DNA of 64,000 bases, taken from positions 1,792,001 to 1,856,000 of the forward strand of contig OZ250165.1 of assembly GCA_965238005.1 (NCBI GenBank). Direction: 5' to 3'. Source of the DNA: Longimicrobiales bacterium. GTDB taxonomy: Bacteria > Gemmatimonadota > Gemmatimonadetes > Longimicrobiales > Gaopeijiaceae. Numbering within the stretch: the first letter of the stretch is position 1; each line of letters starts with the position of its first letter. A program made the position numbers and the translations under genes. The notes beneath the pieces were generated by a model. It ran no database searches. It had not been told where the DNA came from and saw only the letters and a program-made list of their open reading frames with translations. Of this stretch, positions 1-9,051 are shown one piece after another.

Positions 1-209
1 TCGGCCTGGAACGCCGGGTGGCACGGAGCGGAAGGGACTCCATCGACCACGCCCCCGGGGGACGCGACGACGTGGCGAACGCTGCAACGGGCGCGCTCAC
101 GCTTCTGACCGCTGCATGTGCTAACGGGGCTTACGTCATGACCCTCCACATCTAAGGACCGCGTGAAGGACGACAGACGATGAAGAGCAATGACAAAGAG
201 GGAGGCGAC

Positions 210-407
210 ATGATGGATGGGTCACCGATAGAAGCGGGCATTGAGCAGGCTCTCATGAGTCTGGAGAGAAAGGGCCTCGTGGAGCGAACCGGCGAAATAC
301 GAGACGGTCGTGAAGAATGGAGACTAACCCGGTTCGCCCAAGACCTCAGTGAGTTTAACCCGCAACTCGAAGCTCTGATCTGCCGCGATGGACCGTTCCT
401 GAACTGA
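210..407 (+). CDS. Small hypothetical protein, possibly winged-helix-like
   Basis: GGAGG at 201-205 precedes ATG 210; segment ALMSLERKGLVERTG...WRLT resembles a wHTH recognition helix plus wing. Confidence 0.45.
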   Translation: MMDGSPIEAGIEQALMSLERKGLVERTGEIRDGREEWRLTRFAQDLSEFNPQLEALICRDGPFLN

Positions 408-644
408 AGAGCACATGCGGAACCTCCCGACGCCCCTCAAGAGGAACCCCCTTTTTTCTGGATGTTAGAGATACCCCCTGCGCGGTCATGTTGCTGCTGA
501 GAATTAATGATCAGTGGATAATGGTTTGGAGATCCGGCAGAGGAATCAGGCTGAGAAGATTCATGCCGCTGAAGCATGAGGCCGTGAGTTCGACTCTGGT
601 CGCTGTCAGCATCGGCAGCGGCGAGTACCGTTAGGTTTACGGTC

Positions 645-881
645 ATGGACTTGACGCCTGATGAGCAACCTGTCGTCCGTCGTGCTGTGGCGGCATACCA
701 CGAGACGAAAAAGGGGCACGAGGGGCCATTCAGAGGCACGACTGCCGACGAGATTCTCGAAGAATTGAAGCCGTCTCCCGTCCGTTGGGTTGAACTCGCC
801 GCGTTCGTGATCCGAACGGCAGAAGGACCCAAACGAAGGAATCGATACCGTCGTGCACGTCGCGTGCGGTTGGCATCTTGA
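645..881 (+). CDS. Hypothetical protein (78 aa)
   Basis: ATG-started ORF with protein-like composition, same strand as neighbours; no recognised motif. Confidence 0.35.
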   Translation: MDLTPDEQPVVRRAVAAYHETKKGHEGPFRGTTADEILEELKPSPVRWVELAAFVIRTAEGPKRRNRYRRARRVRLAS

Positions 882-965
882 TCGCGCAGTAGAATCGCAA
901 ATCCGCTGGGATGCGAACCTAGTCGCGGCGTCTGGGCTCAAGGGAGCGGTAACGGGAACACACGC

Positions 966-1775
966 GTGAGGCACCATACTCCCGAGGATCGCGAGTTCTT
1001 CGTGGAGCGGTACGGCCGACCGATCTCAGATGCGGCGCGGAAGCTTGAGCGAGCGGTGTTCGGGCACGAGGTTGGACTAAACGGATTCACTACCGTCGCT
1101 CAGGCTCACCGTCTCTCCGATCTGCTTGAGTTGGGGTCCCAATCAACCTTGCTGGACGTCGGCGCGGGGCGTGGGTGGCCGGGCCTCTATATCGCGCGGT
1201 CAAGCCAGTGTCGAGTCGTGTTATCTGACATTCCGATCGAGGCTCTCCGGCAAGCTCCATACTACGCAGAACAACAAGGAGTCGCCGGGCTGGTGAGCGC
1301 CGTTTGCGCGGACGGCGTGGCTCTGCCCTTTGTCCCTGCCTCTTTCGACGCACTGGTCCATACGGACGTGCTGTGTTGAGCCCAAGACAAGCTCTCCGTG
1401 CTGAGAGCGTGTCGCGAAGTTACCAAGCCGGGCGGGCGAATTGGTGGGTATACGATTCACACGCCGAGCGGTCTCGATCGAGATGCAGCGAAACGTGCGT
1501 CGGAACTGGGACCGAGCGAGGTAGGTGCCGGTCAATCACCGGCCGATTTACTCCGAGCGGCCGGTCTTGTGGTGTACGTCGACGAGGACGTGACCGATGC
1601 ATTCCACGAGAGTCTCGAAGCATTTCGAGCTGCAATGGATGAGCTGGAGGACGACTTGCGCCGCGAAGAGGGCGACGCCGTTTTCGAGGAGTGGCAGGAG
1701 AGGCGAACCAACATGGTTCAAGGGGTCTCGGAGGGGCTACTGCGGCGGTCACTTTTGGTAGCGGTTAAGGCATAG
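966..1775 (+). CDS. Class I SAM-dependent methyltransferase, candidate selenoprotein (in-frame TGA at 1377-1379; 269 aa if read through)
   Basis: ORFs 966..1379 and 1398..1775 share a frame. Motif I LLDVGAGRG and LPF-x-x-x-SFDA lie before the TGA; the expected continuation KLSVLRACREVTKPGGRI lies after it. Hairpin directly 3' of the TGA. Confidence 0.8.
1386..1413 (+). promoter_or_regulatory. Putative bacterial SECIS element
   Basis: GACA-A-GCTCTC [CGTGCT] GAGAGC-G-TGTC; the apical loop starts 17 nt after the UGA and has G at its second position. Confidence 0.65.
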
Positions 1776-2385
1776 CTGCGTACTCGGGGCCGGTTCGCAT
1801 TGTGACCACGATCTCCCGCAACATCCTACACGCCCACAAGCAGGTGTGGACGCTCTCGATCCTGGCGAGTGATACCGTGAATCGACGCTTCGAGGTACGC
1901 AGAGGCGGTGGAAGAGGACGGCGCGTTCATCGATTACTACTCAACGTTCGTCTTCTCATCAGTCCCATGTTTCCTACGTGCTTGCAAGGGTGGCAAGATC
2001 ACGTCATGGTGGTGAAGGCGCTCACTCTTCGTTGACTTGCCTAGAGCTGGCGAGGAGTTCTGCGAGCGCAGGCTCGGCGAGGATCTTCGAGATATGGCGA
2101 GGCGTGCGGTATCCCGAGCTTGAGGCGTCCGATCCGGGCGGCCTCGCATATGCCGGGCTCGTGCGTCTCGTCTTGTTTGATGGAGTCGTAGCTGAGGCGT
2201 CTGGCTGAGCGGCTGCCATGCGCCGGATGGGGACACCATGGAAAAGGCTCCCGTGACCTACAGGGTGGTTGGCGCCAAGAAGCCCGAGGTGCCTTGAGAG
2301 AGAGACCTTAGAGACCCTTTCCGAGTCCGGCGCCCTGCTTGAGCGCGCAATCTCGGAGTGCTCGATCACGACTAGGAGGACTACG

Positions 2386-4638
2386 ATGCTTCGCCCGCGC
2401 GCCCAACCCCCGCTGACCTCCATCCTGGCCCTGGCCTCGGTAGTGAGCCTCGCGTGCGGGGATTCGACCACGTCACCGCCAGAATCGCCCGTGGTAACCT
2501 CAGTGGTCGTGACCCCCGGCGCGCACACGTTCGTGGGTCGCACGGGCACGGTGGCGCTGAGTGCCCAGGTAACGGCTTCGGACGGAAGCACGGTCTCCGG
2601 TACGAGCGTCACCTGGACGTCGTCTGACCCCGGGGTGGCCACGGTAAGCCCATCCGGCACCGTCTCGGCGGTGGCGGCGGGGAGGGTGACCATCACGGCC
2701 ACGGTCGAGGGGATTAGTGGAACCGCGGAGGTGACGGTCGGTCGACTCGTCACGACAGCCGGGGGCACGGTCGCGTCGGCGGATGGAGCCATCCAGCTGA
2801 TCATTCCGCCCGGAGCCCTGGCGACGGACGCCTACATCACTCTGGACGAGCCGTCCAATCTGCCCGGAGATCCGGATGAAATCCCCGGGGCCGCGGTGGA
2901 CATCGGCCCATCCACGCTCGCTCTACAAGGCGACGTCGAGCTCCTGGTAGGATACACGCCGCTCTCCATTCCCGTCGGTAAGTCGCCCCTTTCCCTCCGC
3001 GCCTTCCATCTGGAGGCTGGCGAATGGGTCAAGGTGGCGAAGAGCCTGGCTGAGATCGACGCAGGCCGTGTGCGCTCCACCGTGGCCCAACCGGGCGTAT
3101 ATGGCCTGCTGATCGACCGTCTCAGCAGCGACGCAACGTCCATGATGGCCAACTTCCTCACGGCCCGTGGAGCTACGGGGGCTCTGCTACCGCTGGCCAG
3201 GCACAAGCCCCGGGATCTGGATCTGGACGACCAGGCCCTGATCGACGCCCTGGCAGAGGAGTTGGGCACCGACCGGGTCGCCGTCGCGACCGTCGATCCT
3301 GCCGTGTACGACGCGACGCCCCCGGCAGTGGATCCGGCAGACCTGGAGATTCGAATCTTCGGAAGCGCCGACCTGTCCCCGGATGAGAGCGGGGCGGAGC
3401 AGGTGGCCGACCCGGACCCGCAGATCGCGGCGGGCGTGAAGGCGATCCTCGATCTCATGCGCAGTCTTGACGGATTCAACCTGCCCGAGGGCCAGCTTTC
3501 CGACATGGAGTTCGCCTGGCGCGACACGGAGTTCCACGAGGAGGGAGCCCAGTCTGGGGGCTTAATGGTGCCGGCCGATGCGGACGCCATTTCCTTCCCT
3601 CTCGGCCCGGCGAGTCAGTTCGGGTTGTTCACTGTGGATTTCAGTGTCGTCGTGATCTACGACGGTCACAGTCACACCGTATTCACGGAGGAGGACGCCC
3701 AGAACCTCAGGAACGGCGACATCCTCGACGCGGACGGGACCCTCAGCGGATCCGCCAAGACCGCGCTTCACGAGTTGATCCACATCACCCTCAAGATCCG
3801 GCTTCGGGAGAGCAAGGACGACGACGACGACCTGTTGGTGGCTGCGCTCGAGGCGGCCTTGGTTGCCAAGATCAACCTGGAGCTGGACCGGAAGGCCAAC
3901 GGCGGCGTCGCCAGCCCGAACCGGGTCAGCGCTTACTCGAGCAGGCTCGAGACCGTCATTGAGCGGGGCGGCGCGGACTGCCTCCACTTGGTCGGCCTTC
4001 CCGACGCGGCCGGTATGCTGATCGTCACGATTCCCGAGTCAGTGGAGGCCGACGGAACATTCACCGTCAGCGTTACCGCCCAGGGCACTGACGGGCTGCC
4101 GCTGTCCGGCACAGACGTCTACATCAACCAGTCCCACTTCGACGGGGACAACAACCCCGTCTTCGGAGTTGAGGATCCCGACCGACCGGCGCCCGTGGTC
4201 GTGAAGACGGATCTGGGCGGGGATGCCAGCCTCGAGGTCCAGGCCACGTCCACCACCGGCAGGGTCAACATCCGTGTGCAGGTCGGGGGCAAGACGTTTA
4301 CCGGCTCCGTGAACGTGACTCCCATGCAGACATACCGGATCAAGGCGGCGGCCGCTCCGCCGCTCACCACGTACACGCTGTCCCCTGGAATCCCAGTGGG
4401 AGCAAGCTTCTTCGCGTGGTCCGGGGCGAACTGCGGATCGGTGACCGGCTCCACAACGAGCACCATGGTCTGGGATCATGGCGGATCAGACTGTGCGCAC
4501 GCGGGTGAAGCGCATCCCGACGCCACAATTTCGCTGCTTCTTACGGGGACGTTCCCAATCTCGGGGGGGTCGTTTGAGCTGCGCTGCGTGTACACCGGTG
4601 CGGCGTCCGGGGAAGGCCCGGAGTGCACCCGAATGTAG
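2386..4638 (+). CDS. Secreted lipoprotein with Ig-like (BIG2) domain, ZU5-like segment, HExxH (HELIH) motif and further Ig-like region
   Basis: AGGAGG before ATG 2386; lipobox SLA-C; BIG2 signature VTWTSSDPGVATVSPSG; ALHELIH. Confidence 0.8.
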   Translation: MLRPRAQPPLTSILALASVVSLACGDSTTSPPESPVVTSVVVTPGAHTFVGRTGTVALSAQVTASDGSTVSGTSVTWTSSDPGVATVSPSGTVSAVAAGRVTITATVEGISGTAEVTVGRLVTTAGGTVASADGAIQLIIPPGALATDAYITLDEPSNLPGDPDEIPGAAVDIGPSTLALQGDVELLVGYTPLSIPVGKSPLSLRAFHLEAGEWVKVAKSLAEIDAGRVRSTVAQPGVYGLLIDRLSSDATSMMANFLTARGATGALLPLARHKPRDLDLDDQALIDALAEELGTDRVAVATVDPAVYDATPPAVDPADLEIRIFGSADLSPDESGAEQVADPDPQIAAGVKAILDLMRSLDGFNLPEGQLSDMEFAWRDTEFHEEGAQSGGLMVPADADAISFPLGPASQFGLFTVDFSVVVIYDGHSHTVFTEEDAQNLRNGDILDADGTLSGSAKTALHELIHITLKIRLRESKDDDDDLLVAALEAALVAKINLELDRKANGGVASPNRVSAYSSRLETVIERGGADCLHLVGLPDAAGMLIVTIPESVEADGTFTVSVTAQGTDGLPLSGTDVYINQSHFDGDNNPVFGVEDPDRPAPVVVKTDLGGDASLEVQATSTTGRVNIRVQVGGKTFTGSVNVTPMQTYRIKAAAAPPLTTYTLSPGIPVGASFFAWSGANCGSVTGSTTSTMVWDHGGSDCAHAGEAHPDATISLLLTGTFPISGGSFELRCVYTGAASGEGPECTRM

Positions 4639-4659
4639 TGAGCCCATGTTCTTACGCAG

Positions 4660-4717
4660 CGGAGCCGGTGGGACTCGAACCCACAAGTCCGTTAGGACGC
4701 CGGTTTTCGAGACCGGT
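4660..4717 (-). pseudogene. 3' fragment of tRNA-Ser(CGA), att-site-like remnant
   Basis: Minus strand reads CCGGT-CTCGAAA-ACCGG anticodon arm, long variable arm, GTGGG-TTCGAGT-CCCAC T arm, CGGCTCCG acceptor strand; no proper D arm or 5' acceptor strand upstream. Confidence 0.75.
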
Positions 4718-5096
4718 GAGGGCATGCCCTCTAGATCCGTCGAAGGCTCTGATGGCACTCCCACGCTGGCCGCCTTGGACTCGGATCTCCCTCACATGAG
4801 CAGGCGATTGCCACCGACAGTGGCGTCGAAAGCGGGCCTGAGCCCACCCGTCAAGAGAACGCACCAGAGCGGGTAGTAACGAGTAGACGATCTGGTAAAG
4901 GTCTTCGTTCCCCGTGGCATGCCAGGAACTCCATTTTCTGTGCTCTCGAATTCTCAACGGGATTGCCGACCTCGAGCACGTGCGTTCGTTACGCCGGCGT
5001 AAGGTGAGGGGGTACCGCCGTTACCGCAGGTGGGAACGAATTTCGCAACGGAGGGATAAAGAAACGCACCAACCCGCAACAGCACGGAGGTCGAGA

Positions 5097-5483
5097 ATGA
5101 GACACACTCGAAGAAAGTTTCTCGCGACAACCTTGACCGTTCTCGCCACCAGCGCGTTGTCGTGCGGCGGCGGCGGCGACGACGAGGGCTCCGACGGCGT
5201 CACCCCACCGACCGATGTGGACTGCCTTTCCAACGGAGCTACGGCGGACATTGGGGGATTTGGACCAACGAGCCACGCGTTGAGGATCTCCCCAGAAGAC
5301 GTGCGGGCAGGCGTGGACAAGACCTACGAAGTCTTTAGCCCGAGCACCCATGCACACAACGTGACGCTCACGGCCGACCACTTCGCCTCGCTCCAGGCCA
5401 ATCAGTCCGTAACGGTCCCCGTCAGCATCTTCCAGGGCGCCTTTAGTGACCACACTCACAACGCAGTGGTCAGCTGCCTCTGA
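5097..5483 (+). CDS. Tat-exported lipoprotein with His motifs (putative metal-binding)
   Basis: GGAGG RBS; TRRKFL twin-arginine motif; lipobox ALS-C; SHAL, HAH and HTH histidine clusters; two further Cys. Confidence 0.75.
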   Translation: MRHTRRKFLATTLTVLATSALSCGGGGDDEGSDGVTPPTDVDCLSNGATADIGGFGPTSHALRISPEDVRAGVDKTYEVFSPSTHAHNVTLTADHFASLQANQSVTVPVSIFQGAFSDHTHNAVVSCL

Positions 5484-5607
5484 CGAGTGGAGCTAATCAC
5501 CTTGCTGCGCGTGCCAGCGCCTGGTCCATGCCCGACGCCAGCGTCTCGGAGTCTCGTCGAAGAGCTGTGAAGCGTTCCGCAGGTTTGTTCTCGACGAATG
5601 CCCGGCC

Positions 5608-5838
5608 ATGGAGACGATGCAATGCATCTGTGAGGGCTCGAAACACTTCGGAGGAACGACGGGCGAGAGTGTTACCATGACGCGGGAACACGGTGGAGCC
5701 TTCTCCTCCGGCTTCACCAAGGGCTTCGACATCTCGCGGCTGGAAGTCGAGAGAAGCGACGGGTCCACAGTGTTCTTTGACGTTCGAACTCGATACCGTC
5801 CTTCAGTTCTGGGAGGACTTCTTCGAGAAGTCCCTTGA
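5608..5838 (+). CDS. Hypothetical protein (76 aa)
   Basis: Short ORF co-oriented with neighbours; no motif. Confidence 0.3.
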   Translation: METMQCICEGSKHFGGTTGESVTMTREHGGAFSSGFTKGFDISRLEVERSDGSTVFFDVRTRYRPSVLGGLLREVP

Positions 5839-5977
5839 GCCGCGAGGTGACCTGACCGTCTAGCGAGCCCCAGTAGCCCCACCACCTAACCCGCACATAT
5901 CAGGGATTTCCCCACTAGCGCTGACACCTGCTGCGTGGCATCGTGAGTCCTTGTACTGCTGCTGGAGGGAATGCTTG

Positions 5978-6199
5978 ATGGCCAAGCTCCCACACTGGAC
6001 CTCACCCGCTGCAACTGTCGTGATCGCCTCAACCGTTGAGGATGTCGCGGCCTTTTTCGATCGCTCACCCGTGACGGTGCGCGGCTGGATTCGCGGTGGG
6101 CGGTTGCGAGCGTACCGATTCCGGGGCAGGGAATACCGGATCACGGAGTCAGCCGTGGAGGAATTTCGGCAGCGGCAGCGAGGCGACGGCCAGCAGTAA
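5978..6199 (+). CDS. Excisionase-family helix-turn-helix protein (HTH_17-like)
   Basis: TVEDVAAFFDRSPVTVRGWIRGGRLRAYR...YRITESAVEEF pattern; GGAGG upstream; next to the tRNA att fragment. Confidence 0.8.
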   Translation: MAKLPHWTSPAATVVIASTVEDVAAFFDRSPVTVRGWIRGGRLRAYRFRGREYRITESAVEEFRQRQRGDGQQ

Positions 6200-6298
6200 C
6201 AAGCATAGTAACAGCGCCCACCATCGCGGGTGATCGCCCACGAGCGTCACCCCCAGCATTCAAGCGGCTATGAGCGTTGGTGAGCGTCCATCCTAATT

Positions 6299-6341
6299 CT
6301 TCTAATCCGTAGGTCGCAGGTTCGAGTCCTGCCGGGCGCGC
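6299..6341 (+). mobile_element. att site: 3' fragment of tRNA-Arg(TCT) marking the right border of an integrated island
   Basis: CTTCTAA-TCCGT-AGGTC-GCAGG-TTCGAGT-CCTGC-CGGGCGC-GC; tRNA similarity begins exactly at the anticodon loop and the upstream TAATT cannot pair with TCCGT. Confidence 0.8.
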
Positions 6342-6561
6342 TTCTTCTTCGACATGCACGTCCGTACGTATACTCACGACGCAGAGATACGTACGCCTCT
6401 CCGAAAGAGCAACTCGGGGGCGACTCCCGCACCGTGAATCCGAGACAAAAGCCCCCGGTGTGGGCGGCCAGGAGGACCAGTGCTGCTGCGGCCCGCCGCG
6501 CTCAACGCCCTCTGGGCCAGGAGCATGGCCGGAACGAACGCCATGCCCGATCGTGTCCCTT

Positions 6562-9051
6562 CTACGGGGTCCGGCAAGTGCCGGTAGGCACGCCCTGAAT
6601 GAACGTCGCGATGCTTGCCAATGCGATGTCCGGGCTGAGGGGATTCACCGACTGGAGGAAATCCGCCACGTCGGATGCGAGTGACACCATCCCCATTCCC
6701 CCGTTCAGCCCCTCGACGGATACGGTGCTGCTGCCCTCCTGGTGCAGATGGATGGATTCGGAGTCACCCACGGTGATCGTGTTCGAGCGGATGTTCGTAC
6801 ACAACGTGGTCAATTGGTCGCCGGTCACGTTGATCCCCGGGTCTATGGAGCTCAGATTGAGCGAGATGATCTCGGTCTCGACCGTCAAATCCAACTTGGA
6901 ATTGTCGGACAGACTGGAGCCTAGTAACGCCTGCACGCCGAACGACCCACCATTGATGTTGTTCCCGGAGGTTCGTACGATCGCGTCCGCCCCACCATTG
7001 AAGAACATGTCGATCCCAGTCGAGAAGAGCGGGCCGCCGGAGATCGTGTTCCCGGTGATCGAGCCGCTCATCAGCCCAGAGCTGGTGCTCCGCAGGTCCA
7101 CAGCGTTGAAAGAGTTGCCGGTGAACCCGTTCCCCATCACTTGGAACGTCAGGGTTCCGCCGCCAGAGTTGTCGAGGGAAATCCCATCGCCGTTGCTGGT
7201 GAACGAGTTGCCGCCCTGTACCGTCAGAGCGAGCGTGGACGAGGCGGTACTGAAGCCGCTGAGACCGAGTGAGTTGGTGTCGAACGTGGTCCCCGTGACC
7301 GTAGCGGTCACCGAGGCGTTGGTGCCGGTCTGGATGTCCACTCCGATCCCGCCCTTCGACGAGGAGTTGCTGAACGTGCTTCCCGTAATCGTCAGCGCCA
7401 GCGGCCCTACGTCGTTCTGAACGTTGACATTGTTCTGAGTCGACCCGTCCACGGTCGAGTTGGAGATGGTCGCAGACCCCACGTGATCGATCAGTTGGAC
7501 CCCCGCATCCGCGAAGTTCCCGCTGTTGGTGACGTTGCTGTTCTGCAGCGTGAACGTCCCGCTGGTGCTGTTCAGGCTGATGCCGGCGGTCGTGGAGTTG
7601 TTGATGTCCAGGCTCGTGAACGTGAATGTGCCGCCGCCGCCGCTGATGTCGATGCCCCTGCCGGTCGTGTTCAGGATCGATCCACCCGAGCCCGCCGCAC
7701 CGGTGCCGGTAACCGCGAAATCGCCGGATCCCGTGTTGTTCAGCACGATGCCGTTGGTGGCGCCGCTCACCGACACCGACTGGAACGTGAAGCCGCTCCC
7801 GCCGATATCCGTGTTCTGGATGTTGATTCCGATGCCGATCGTGGTGCTCACGGTGTTGGTGCCCGTGACGTTGACGGTGCCGCCGCCGGTGGCGGAGAAA
7901 CCGGTGTTCGGGCCGGTACCCAGGGTGAGGTCTCCGCTGAAGTTGATCGTAGCGCCGGTGTTGTTGAGCAGGTTGATCCCGGCATTGACGGACACCGAGC
8001 ACGTGTCGCACAGCTCGGTGATCGGGCCGCTGAAGGTCATCGTTCCGCCGGTGGTGTTCTGAACGAACACGACATCGCTCGAGCGGGTCGACGTAATCGA
8101 CCCGGCGTAGGACATATTGGTGCTACCACCCGTGATGCGGATGGACGACCCAAGCGTGCTGGTAATACTCCCCCCACTCATGGTCAGATCGCCGGTCGTG
8201 CCATTCAGGCGGATCCCTACGGACGAGAAGCTGGAGGAAATGACCGACGCGAAAGTCATTTCCAGGTCCACCGCAAAGACGTCGATCGCCGAGCTTAACA
8301 AGGATTCCAACCTGCTGCTCGGGTCCGTGACCCGCACCGTGCCGGCACCCGAGATCGCGAGGGCGGGCACGTTTCCCGTGGTAATGTCCAGCGTGCCGAA
8401 CGTAATCGTTCCCGTGGGGTTATCGATCGCAACTCCGCCAGTCGGGCCGCCGAGACGGGCGAGTACAGGATCCTGCACCGGCTGGAACACCGGCGCCCCT
8501 GCCGCAGCCATAGCTAACGCAGGCGGAGGCATCGTCACGTCCGCGAAGGTCACTGGCGCTGTACCGCCGATGATGTCCACTCCCGAGCCCGACGGGTTGT
8601 CGATGGTGACCGGCGTATTCACGGTGATGGCGCCGGCCGCGCTGAAGATGTCGATGCCCGATCCTCCCGCGTCGGTGATCGAGCCTCCGTTGAACGTCAC
8701 CGTGCCGCCGGTGGTGCTCTGAATGACCAAGACCCGCTTGAAGGCGGCAACGTTCGAAATGCCACCCGCACTCACGTTGACGTCGACCGTCGGCGACCCA
8801 CCATTCACCCGGAACGCGTCATCGGACCCGCCCGCGATCGCCAGGTCGGTGAACGTGAACGTGCCGCCTGAACTCTGGATGTTGACGCCAAAGGAGCCCG
8901 ATCCCTGCACGTCCAAGCTGTTGAACGTGAATGTGCCCGCCGCGGTGATCAGAGAGATTCCGGCGCCGGCCGGATTCGAGAGGTTGACCTGATCCACCGT
9001 GCCACCGGAGATCCCCGATCCGGAGATTGCGGCTCCTAGTGGTGCGTCATC
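6562..9051 (-). CDS. C-terminal part of a giant surface protein (right-handed beta-helix-like, G/S/T/N-rich)
   Basis: Long repetitive GTFTF/GI-x-I pattern; no credible own start; joins the upstream ORF through a frameshift at ~9052. Confidence 0.75.
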   Translation of the reverse strand, partial: DDAPLGAAISGSGISGGTVDQVNLSNPAGAGISLITAAGTFTFNSLDVQGSGSFGVNIQSSGGTFTFTDLAIAGGSDDAFRVNGGSPTVDVNVSAGGISNVAAFKRVLVIQSTTGGTVTFNGGSITDAGGSGIDIFSAAGAITVNTPVTIDNPSGSGVDIIGGTAPVTFADVTMPPPALAMAAAGAPVFQPVQDPVLARLGGPTGGVAIDNPTGTITFGTLDITTGNVPALAISGAGTVRVTDPSSRLESLLSSAIDVFAVDLEMTFASVISSSFSSVGIRLNGTTGDLTMSGGSITSTLGSSIRITGGSTNMSYAGSITSTRSSDVVFVQNTTGGTMTFSGPITELCDTCSVSVNAGINLLNNTGATINFSGDLTLGTGPNTGFSATGGGTVNVTGTNTVSTTIGIGINIQNTDIGGSGFTFQSVSVSGATNGIVLNNTGSGDFAVTGTGAAGSGGSILNTTGRGIDISGGGGTFTFTSLDINNSTTAGISLNSTSGTFTLQNSNVTNSGNFADAGVQLIDHVGSATISNSTVDGSTQNNVNVQNDVGPLALTITGSTFSNSSSKGGIGVDIQTGTNASVTATVTGTTFDTNSLGLSGFSTASSTLALTVQGGNSFTSNGDGISLDNSGGGTLTFQVMGNGFTGNSFNAVDLRSTSSGLMSGSITGNTISGGPLFSTGIDMFFNGGADAIVRTSGNNINGGSFGVQALLGSSLSDNSKLDLTVETEIISLNLSSIDPGINVTGDQLTTLCTNIRSNTITVGDSESIHLHQEGSSTVSVEGLNGGMGMVSLASDVADFLQSVNPLSPDIALASIATFIQGVPTGTCRTP

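Noticed and set aside
1802..2260. Short ORFs between the methyltransferase and the lipoprotein
   Set aside because: No recognisable motifs or RBS; possibly decayed gene remnants, but not supportable.
4660..4760. Intact tRNA-Ser, or tRNA-Sec accompanying the selenoprotein
   Set aside because: The anticodon is CGA, not TCA, and the 5' half does not form a proper acceptor stem or D arm.
6260..6345. Intact tRNA-Arg gene
   Set aside because: No 5' acceptor strand, D arm or 5' anticodon stem; only the 3' half is present.
6363..6395. Hairpin CGTACGTAT/ATACGTACG downstream of the tRNA fragment
   Set aside because: The inverted repeat is real, but it has no U-tract and no assignable function.
9047..9049. 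TGA as a second Sec/read-through site
   Set aside because: The downstream coding sequence is in a different frame, so it needs a frameshift rather than read-through.
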